Virus record (IMG/VR): IMGVR_UViG_3300009008_000002
Length of the DNA: 64,000 nt
Strand: one strand, 5' to 3'
From: a virus
Taxonomy: Duplodnaviria; Heunggongvirae; Uroviricota; Caudoviricetes
Shown here: positions 57,620 to 64,000 of the stretch, in pieces
Layout of the letters: every line of letters starts with the position of its first letter
Numbering within the stretch: position 1 is the first letter of the stretch
The notes under the pieces: model-generated
Told to the model about the DNA's origin: nothing
Databases searched by the model: none
Seen by the model: the letters and a program-made list of their open reading frames with translations, nothing else
Made by a program: the position numbers and the translations under genes

Positions 57620-58227
57620 TTTATTTTTCCTCTAAATGAAGTTCAAAAACGGTTCGGGTGTCATACGGGTAATTTTCCGTTGGAAGTGACCCGTCTGTGA
57701 TTTTAACAATGTAGCCGACTCCCAAAATTGGGAGTCCCGTGGTCGAAACACCTACGACAACACCTTCGCCGGGAACATCCGTGTCGGTGTAACGCACTTC
57801 CTGATCCATTTTAAATTTGAACATATCAATCAATCTCGTTTGCTGCGTCTGCAATCATCTGCGATAACTCCATTGCATGAGGCTTGCAGAGCATTAATTT
57901 ACCTGTGGGACCGCCGTTGGCAATAATTTCGACTACGTGTTCTGGATTCTCCACGCCACCTTCGTTGCCCTCTTTACAGGCACGACATTGCGTTCGCTTG
58001 TGCCTTGTAACCTTGTTGACAATGCCGTAAGCATCGCCGTAGCCGTTATACCAACTCATTGCCATAGCGATTCTCCTAAGATAGATTTGCCCACAACATT
58101 AAAACCACCCCCACGGTGCATACTGCTGTGCCAATACCACCAGGGACTACCGCAAAACCTAAAACCATCAAAATGATTCCACCAATGGCAACTTGTTTCT
58201 TTTTTTTGGACATTGTTTATTTAACTC

Positions 58228-58476
58228 CTAAATAAACTCCGTGTTTCCCACCATTAAAGCCACTGATTCCTGCTTGAACTTCTTGCGTAAAGCCGTTAGT
58301 TGCTCCGTCAGTTGCAATAAGTTGACAGCAGGAAACTCAATTACCCAACACGCATTCTGGTGAGGTTGATCCCCAGATGAACAACCGTAAAAATGAACAT
58401 TTACGGCAGTGCTGCCAATCAACCCCTGAAGCTCCATGATGAACAAAGACCATCGAGCCAATTGTTCCGCTTGCAC
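58228..58476 (-). CDS. Hypothetical protein
   Basis: KFKQESVA C-terminal motif; start uncertain. Confidence 0.55.
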   Translation of the reverse strand: MQAEQLARWSLFIMELQGLIGSTAVNVHFYGCSSGDQPHQNACWVIEFPAVNLLQLTEQLTALRKKFKQESVALMVGNTEFI

Positions 58477-58616
58477 GGCACTTTTTTAGTTAATTTCATT
58501 TCGTTCTCCGCTGATAAAGCGCGAGTAAAACCTAGCCACAAATCAATCGAATAATTAAACGAATGAACATCAAAAGCGCAAAGACACACGCTATAATCCC
58601 TGCGGTATTGGCGGCT

Positions 58617-59441
58617 TTATTCTTCATTTAATTGCTCATTGATTTTATCCACAATTTCTCGACATAGGACTACATCATCCTGTCCGTTGGGAAGGTCATC
58701 GGGATGCATTGCAAGCTGGGCAAGAGCATCACGTAGCCTTACCCCAACATCACGGGGTAATTCAATTATTAAATCATTACCCAAATGTTCCCTGAGAATC
58801 CCCCTAGCCATATCTGCGCCAATATATTCTGCCAAACTGTCTGGAGACGGAGGCGTTGATTCATATTCATCGTCTTCATCGTCGTCATACATTTCTTCAT
58901 ATCCATAAGGGTCTGGACCGAACGGGAAGCCATCTGGTTTGGTTTCCCATGTATGTGTTTTCTCTTCAACTTCGTTATTCGTTACTGTCAAAGTGCCAAT
59001 GTCGTCGGGTTGCTCCCCTTGCCAATGAATGGTCCCATTTAATTTGTAGCCCCACGGATCAAGGAATCGTTCGATGACGTAGTTCAACCAATCGGTATAA
59101 TTATAAAACTTCTCGCCACCATCCCAACCAAGTTCGGTTCGACCTTCATCAATCACCCACTGACACCAAAGGCCCGGCTGGGATTCCGCTGGATTGTTGT
59201 AATCAAGGATAGATGCATCCCTATCTTGTCCCGCTATACCCTCTGCCCCAACGTAATAATCCCCCTCAAGCCCTATAGGAAGCCCTACCGCCTGCCGAAT
59301 AGGATCAGGGAAATCCATGCAAGCCGAAGCGTTACGCCTCATACGCCTCGTCTCTGCGAATTTATTAATATAAGCCGCATGTTCCTCTGAAACTTGCGGC
59401 TCAATCTTCAAAACACCATCAAAATTTGTGGTATAGCCCAT
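58617..59441 (-). CDS. Conserved phage protein
   Basis: MGYTTNF..QPGLWCQW..WDGGEKFYNY..WQGE. Confidence 0.8.
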   Translation of the reverse strand: MGYTTNFDGVLKIEPQVSEEHAAYINKFAETRRMRRNASACMDFPDPIRQAVGLPIGLEGDYYVGAEGIAGQDRDASILDYNNPAESQPGLWCQWVIDEGRTELGWDGGEKFYNYTDWLNYVIERFLDPWGYKLNGTIHWQGEQPDDIGTLTVTNNEVEEKTHTWETKPDGFPFGPDPYGYEEMYDDDEDDEYESTPPSPDSLAEYIGADMARGILREHLGNDLIIELPRDVGVRLRDALAQLAMHPDDLPNGQDDVVLCREIVDKINEQLNEE

Positions 59442-59705
59442 TTAATCCCCCGTTGCCCCGTAATTTAACCATTCATTGTCATCTGCGTGCATTGCCAAGC
59501 GGAAACTATCATCCGACATTTCCCTTAGCCGATACACTTGATCTTTGAGTGGTTGGAAACGATAACCTTCAATGCTGTCACCAGCATCTTGCGCAAACTC
59601 TCGACAAAACACCTGTAGCTCTTCGTAGGTGAAAGGTTGGCCCGTAGACCGATTTAAAATAACCCCACCACCGGGAGCTAAAACAATCCATCTGTCATCC
59701 ATCAT
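59442..59705 (-). CDS. Hypothetical protein
   Basis: ORF in the gene chain. Confidence 0.65.
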   Translation of the reverse strand: MMDDRWIVLAPGGGVILNRSTGQPFTYEELQVFCREFAQDAGDSIEGYRFQPLKDQVYRLREMSDDSFRLAMHADDNEWLNYGATGD

Positions 59706-60396
59706 CCTCGTCCCTTTTAAATGCGATTGCTGGGTCTTGAATCATGTCTTCCGGTGGCGGCGGCGGATCATCCCCCTCATGTTCTACCTTCCACGCTTCC
59801 GGGTCGGACTCGTAATACTGCCACGCCTCTAAATCCTCCATTGTCGCTTCCATGACCTTGTGAAGCGGAAATGTGGCAATTAGGGCGACTGGGTAATACT
59901 CTTTTTTCACCGAACGAGTATCTTCCCTCTCCATTGTAGCATAACGACCGCAATTGTGACGCGAAGTTTGGAATCCACGATAAACTTCAAGGGTTCCATT
60001 ATCGAGATTGACAACGTATGCCCACTCACAGAATAGGCTATCGAGCATAAAACTGGCGTTGTCAATATACACGCCCAGATCAAGCATGTTCGCCAAATGA
60101 CCTTGGGATTCACGCAAAAGACAATACCAATCGTCCACGCTTTGCTCGCCCACGCCAAGATTGGCTTGGTCCCGAAGCCGCTCAATATCCTCTTCGGTGG
60201 GTTTTTCTCCCTCTTGCACCGCACGTAGCGCAGCCCCTTTGGCACGCCATTCTTCAAACCCCCCAACATCGGATAGCTGCCCTGCAATGTCTTTAGCAAT
60301 AGCCTTGCCAAGACCACTGGGGTATGAATCGAAGTGGTTGTAGGTTACTCGATCTGTTCCATCAACTCGGACACCAAATGCTCCGCGCGTTCCCAT
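59695..60396 (-). CDS. Conserved phage protein
   Basis: MGTRG..YNHFDSYPSGLG..EWAYVVNLD. Confidence 0.8.
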   Translation of the reverse strand: MGTRGAFGVRVDGTDRVTYNHFDSYPSGLGKAIAKDIAGQLSDVGGFEEWRAKGAALRAVQEGEKPTEEDIERLRDQANLGVGEQSVDDWYCLLRESQGHLANMLDLGVYIDNASFMLDSLFCEWAYVVNLDNGTLEVYRGFQTSRHNCGRYATMEREDTRSVKKEYYPVALIATFPLHKVMEATMEDLEAWQYYESDPEAWKVEHEGDDPPPPPEDMIQDPAIAFKRDEDDG

Positions 60397-60474
60397 GTCT
60401 TCTTCTCCAAATACTGTTGCAGGGCTGTAATTAAAACTCCAGCCACTATTGACACCACGATGATAATTAAAAGT

Positions 60475-60744
60475 TTACCCAATAAAATCATCGCCTCGAT
60501 CCTCCTCGCTCTCTTTCGTGAGCGCCTCTTTTAATTCATTTGCTGTTTCATCACTAATCCAGCCACCCACTACCAGCAAAAACAACGCTGGCAGACACCA
60601 TAGCAGAAACAATTCTGGACACATCATTAAAAGCGCAAGTCCCATCACTGAGAGTGTTGCAAACAACAACATGACCATTGTACAAATCAACCAGACAAAT
60701 AGAAGGATGCCTGATATGATTAATTTCAATGCACGAATTACCAT
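60475..60744 (-). CDS. Membrane protein
   Basis: Two hydrophobic helices. Confidence 0.65.
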   Translation of the reverse strand: MVIRALKLIISGILLFVWLICTMVMLLFATLSVMGLALLMMCPELFLLWCLPALFLLVVGGWISDETANELKEALTKESEEDRGDDFIG

Positions 60745-61304
60745 TTCTTCCCCTTGAACTCTGTAGGCTTAAAAGCCATAACCTCTTCTTTGGTCATTCC
60801 CAACCTATCCCAATGCACAGTCGGTTCGTAATTATCGGAACAAGACGGACAGCACCGTGTATTCCAACATACAATTTTACCGGGTGTAACCCCCTTACAC
60901 TTGGCACAATAACAGCCAAGCATCATGTCGGGGTCTTTGGGGTTTCTTTCCGCTTGCTCCCAATCAATGGGTTCCCCATCATCTTCATCATCTGGATCAG
61001 AATGAAGCCATCCAGCTTCCAGACAATAATTTAATGTGTGCGCCCCCTTTTCACTTTGTTTGAAGCCAAAGGTTTCGAGGCGCTGAATAATATCTTTTAA
61101 TTCCCATTTTTCAGGGACAAGATAGACCCATTCAACTACCTCGGACAGCCCTTCGGTAGCGACACGAATCATAGTTTGTGCTGCGCCTTGTGGTTCACAG
61201 GGTTCGCCTTCCATCGGCCCGAAACCGATATACCCTTTACCATCGACGGACATGGGCCAGAATGCCCAATCAGCCGGATTTCCACTTGCTTCATTTGGGT
61301 TCAT
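60738..61304 (-). CDS. Hypothetical protein
   Basis: 188-aa ORF. Confidence 0.7.
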   Translation of the reverse strand: MNPNEASGNPADWAFWPMSVDGKGYIGFGPMEGEPCEPQGAAQTMIRVATEGLSEVVEWVYLVPEKWELKDIIQRLETFGFKQSEKGAHTLNYCLEAGWLHSDPDDEDDGEPIDWEQAERNPKDPDMMLGCYCAKCKGVTPGKIVCWNTRCCPSCSDNYEPTVHWDRLGMTKEEVMAFKPTEFKGKKW

Positions 61305-61930
61305 AATTCTAAATCCCAGTCAAAGTATTCTTCATCGTCTTCACCCATAGGCCATTCTTCTCTGGTTTCTTCACCGCTTTTAAATACGGATTTACCAGCA
61401 GCCATCATACCGGGTTCTGCCCAACGGCAGGTAAATTCTAACTCTGGAAAGTCAGCGCTAACTTTTTCAAGGAATTTGAGGGGTGGTCCCCAAGGTGTAT
61501 TAAATCTGTATTTAAGACCACCATCACTTGACAATTGGGCATTAGAACAGCCCCACTTGACGCCCCAGTTTTGAACTTCCCATTGGTATCCATCAGGGTC
61601 ATATCTCCCCTCTAGGATTTCATCTGGGACAGGAAAGAGTTGGTGGAAAGACAGAATAGGATCAGGTTCAGGTTCGGTGCTGTGCTTTTTAATTACTTCT
61701 GCGAGACGTGGATCGCCTTCAGTGAGAAGTTTTTTGAGGCGGGCTTGTTGGAATTCATCTTTTATGTCGATGACTTCATCGTTATCTGCCATCAACGCCC
61801 GTGCAGCATCCATCAACTCGAATAATTGTGGTCCGTAGTGTTGATCTGGCCCTTGTGCTTTCTCAGCGAATGCGCATAGAGATTCCGATGAACCTTCTAC
61901 GATGAGCATGTTGTTACACCAATTGGGCAT
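61301..61930 (-). CDS. DUF1281/YubB ferredoxin-like domain protein
   Basis: MPNWCNN..NWGVKW..FNTPWGPP..FPEL..EPG. Confidence 0.75.
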   Translation of the reverse strand: MPNWCNNMLIVEGSSESLCAFAEKAQGPDQHYGPQLFELMDAARALMADNDEVIDIKDEFQQARLKKLLTEGDPRLAEVIKKHSTEPEPDPILSFHQLFPVPDEILEGRYDPDGYQWEVQNWGVKWGCSNAQLSSDGGLKYRFNTPWGPPLKFLEKVSADFPELEFTCRWAEPGMMAAGKSVFKSGEETREEWPMGEDDEEYFDWDLEL

Positions 61931-62195
61931 AGGGATTTCTCCTGTTGAAAATCCCAGCCCCAATTTTTAGTCGGGCAACTGCGACATAATGTGGCTGGGA
62001 ATTTGGGCACGCTTGATTTCGACAATAGAAGGTGCCCCCATGATACTGCATTCAGGACATTTGCAGTAGTAGGGTGGGAGAGAATGCCCAACATCATCGA
62101 CTTGAATATCGTTTACTGTGATGCCCAACAGGGCATTACAATGAGGGCATTGAACTTGGATTTCAGATTGGCGGATTGTTCGCATTTGATCACCT

Positions 62196-62447
62196 TTATG
62201 CGGCAAGCAATTCTTTTTCAGCTTCAAACCAGAATTTTTGATCTTCGCCTTGGGGGCGACCCGCCCGCTCCCATTTCAGATACGCTCGATAGCGTATAGT
62301 TTCCTCATCTTTTTTGCAGGTTATCTCACACTCACAGAAAAAATGACCGCACCAAAAGGTTTGTGACCAGCGCCTTGCACGATGGTCAGCATACCATTTG
62401 CGGCGGATTTTGTCTTTGTAACGCCTTTTTCTAGTCCCGTCTGACAT
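62196..62447 (-). CDS. DUF2934-like protein
   Basis: IRYRAYLKWERAGRPQG...WFEAEKEL. Confidence 0.7.
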   Translation of the reverse strand: MSDGTRKRRYKDKIRRKWYADHRARRWSQTFWCGHFFCECEITCKKDEETIRYRAYLKWERAGRPQGEDQKFWFEAEKELLAA

Positions 62448-62485
62448 CCTTCCTTCCTCTTGGAAAGCGTCTTGCCCCCTATTTA

Positions 62486-62908
62486 CTATGTATCCTTATT
62501 AATTTCATTTGATTCAAGTATTCCCGATGCCACTTCTATTGCAACGGGCAAGGATTTTGGATCGTCTTCAATCCTCTCTTTCATTTCTCTCAACATTATA
62601 ATACCCTGACCCACACTTTCTTCAGCAATTTTTGCCATTTTTCCGCAAATTTCGCCGCCCTTTTTCATATCACACGATTTCATGGCGGTGTCCCACGCCT
62701 CAATTAATTCATACGTCTGAATTAACTGCTCGCCAGTCAATGAAGTAATTACTGTGTCAGCAACCTCTTCTTCATAGGTGTCGGTTGGTTGGATTCTCTG
62801 TCGAATCCATGCCGAACCTTCAGCATAGGTCAAATCGGTCTTGAAAATGACGCCATCCCTGATCACGTCATACGCTTGTTCTGCGACCTTCTTCAGTTGC
62901 CAAATCAT
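62486..62908 (-). CDS. Hypothetical protein
   Basis: ORF coupled to the upstream gene. Confidence 0.7.
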   Translation of the reverse strand: MIWQLKKVAEQAYDVIRDGVIFKTDLTYAEGSAWIRQRIQPTDTYEEEVADTVITSLTGEQLIQTYELIEAWDTAMKSCDMKKGGEICGKMAKIAEESVGQGIIMLREMKERIEDDPKSLPVAIEVASGILESNEINKDT

Positions 62909-63513
62909 TCTTCATCTTCCTCGACAACTTCGCCTTTACTTTGACGCATCCACATATCCAGATGCCCCACCACAACATGCCAGTCTTCACTGAACATGTC
63001 GTAGAAGTGACGCACGAAGTATTTAACTGCGTTGAAGGTGAAGTTCCGGTTGTCCTTGTAACCAGCTTCCACGACGGCTTCCGCCCATGTGCGAACCTCT
63101 TCCTTGGTGGTGCCAGTCAATTTAACTGGACACTTGCCAGCAGGAGTTAAAATATTGAGCATACGCCGGAAATCAGGACGAGTATCTTCCTGTTCGGGCT
63201 TGGGCTTGGGCTTGGGTTCTTTCGGAACCTTTGCTCCAGGTGTAGACTTGGCAGGCTTGTCAGGACGTGCCGCATTAGGAACGCCGCTCGGTCGGCCTCG
63301 CTTGCCCTTTTTCGTCTTCAATTCAAAGGCGAATTCTTTGAGGCGCAGACCAACCACTTGCGGGTTAAGAGGCTCTTCGGGATTGTCAGCATTGTAGATT
63401 TCGGATACAGCCACGGTGAGTGCGCTGATATTTTTCAGAGGGCCGTTCTCTTCTGCCTTGCGGACAGCCTGTTCCAACTTATCACGGTCAACTTTGATCT
63501 TTCGACGTGCCAT
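62905..63513 (-). CDS. Putative DNA-binding protein with an AT-hook-like motif
   Basis: KKGKRGRPSG; Pro/Lys-rich linker. Confidence 0.7.
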   Translation of the reverse strand: MARRKIKVDRDKLEQAVRKAEENGPLKNISALTVAVSEIYNADNPEEPLNPQVVGLRLKEFAFELKTKKGKRGRPSGVPNAARPDKPAKSTPGAKVPKEPKPKPKPEQEDTRPDFRRMLNILTPAGKCPVKLTGTTKEEVRTWAEAVVEAGYKDNRNFTFNAVKYFVRHFYDMFSEDWHVVVGHLDMWMRQSKGEVVEEDEE

Positions 63514-63564
63514 TGTTTGTCTCTCTCTTACAGGGTTTGGTTTGGGACAAACCTACACACTACA

Positions 63565-63593
63565 ATTTTACCGCACGTTGGTTTGTAGGTCTA
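63565..63593 (-). promoter_or_regulatory. Sigma70-like promoter
   Basis: TAGACC-N17-TAAAAT about 50 nt upstream of the ATG at 63513; the -10 lies in motif variant TAAAATTGTAG. Confidence 0.55.
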
Positions 63594-63818
63594 CTAGAAT
63601 GGGCGGTTTTTTGGTCGATCTTCCACGGGAATTTTATCCCAAAGGTGGAAAATTTCATCATCCAAGGCTTTTGCCTTATCGCTTAATTCACGACCATCAT
63701 CATCCACATTAGAACATCGCTCGTATTGCTCAAATAACACGTCGATTCGAGCTAATACCCGTTCTGTAGTCCTGGGAGTCCAGTTTTCCGGCTTGGGGAG
63801 TCGCATAATTAACTCCAA
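63594..63818 (-). CDS. Hypothetical protein
   Basis: ORF track; start probably MRLPKP. Confidence 0.6.
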   Translation of the reverse strand: MELIMRLPKPENWTPRTTERVLARIDVLFEQYERCSNVDDDGRELSDKAKALDDEIFHLWDKIPVEDRPKNRPF

Positions 63819-63820
63819 TT

Positions 63821-63895
63821 AAAAAAGCCCGGCCCGGTGCCCCCCTACGATTCGGTGGAGTGCCACCTACAATTCGGGGGGATAGCGGGCCGGGC
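63821..63895 (-). terminator. Intrinsic terminator with a large internal loop
   Basis: GCCCGGCCCG/CGGGCCGGGC stem plus U6; loop holds two near-identical 18-mers (gtgccccctacgattcgg, gtgccacctacaattcgg). Confidence 0.6.
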
Positions 63896-63905
63896 AATCC
63901 GGGGC

Positions 63906-64000
63906 TTACGCATCCAGACGGGCCTCAATCAGTTGAGTCTCGGTTTCGGTAAACCGGCCTCGACCCTTGCGCTCCACGCCGGTCTGTTCCTTGACCAAAG
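63906..64000 (-). CDS. Paralogue of the 20056-20364 protein (5' partial)
   Basis: LVKEQTGVERKGRGRFTETETQLIEARLDA* vs MVKDQTGVERQDRGRYTTTERELIEARLAA: 21/30 identical. Confidence 0.8.
   Translation of the reverse strand, partial: LVKEQTGVERKGRGRFTETETQLIEARLDA

Noticed and set aside
1-64000. Alternative genetic code as the cause of the short ORFs
   Set aside because: The ligases, radical SAM, GT4 and hydrolase are full length in code 11, all three stop codons end genes, and the small ORFs have their own SD and start with tight coupling

Overview
The window looks like part of a large (jumbo-type) dsDNA phage genome. It holds well over 100 short, tightly packed ORFs, essentially all on the minus strand and mostly hypothetical, with no host housekeeping operons and no structural or replication module. 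Recognisable products are tRNA-Glu(TTC), a MazG-like pyrophosphatase, an inverted HNH endonuclease, an Rnl2-like RNA ligase, NADAR, a 2H phosphoesterase, a NeuA-like protein lacking its CTP loop, a sulfotransferase-like protein, a nucleoside hydrolase, GroES, a radical SAM enzyme, a WGR-domain DNA ligase, a GT4 glycosyltransferase, an AEP-like protein, an L7/L12-like protein, and fragments of PilC/GspF and GspG (the PilC piece suggests a Planctomycetota host; this is recall, not a search result). The dominant unexplained signal is an oriented motif, TAAAATTGG(A/G)G on the coding strand (CCAATTTTA on +). I counted about 74 exact 9-mers by eye, about 53 of them in the first 21.3 kb, against about one on the other strand. 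It often supplies the upstream stop codon plus the next gene's SD-like GGAG/GGGG, but it is also kept inside genes. Several intergenic gaps hold candidate structured or tRNA-like ncRNAs. All calls come from reading the sequence; no searches or folding programs were run.
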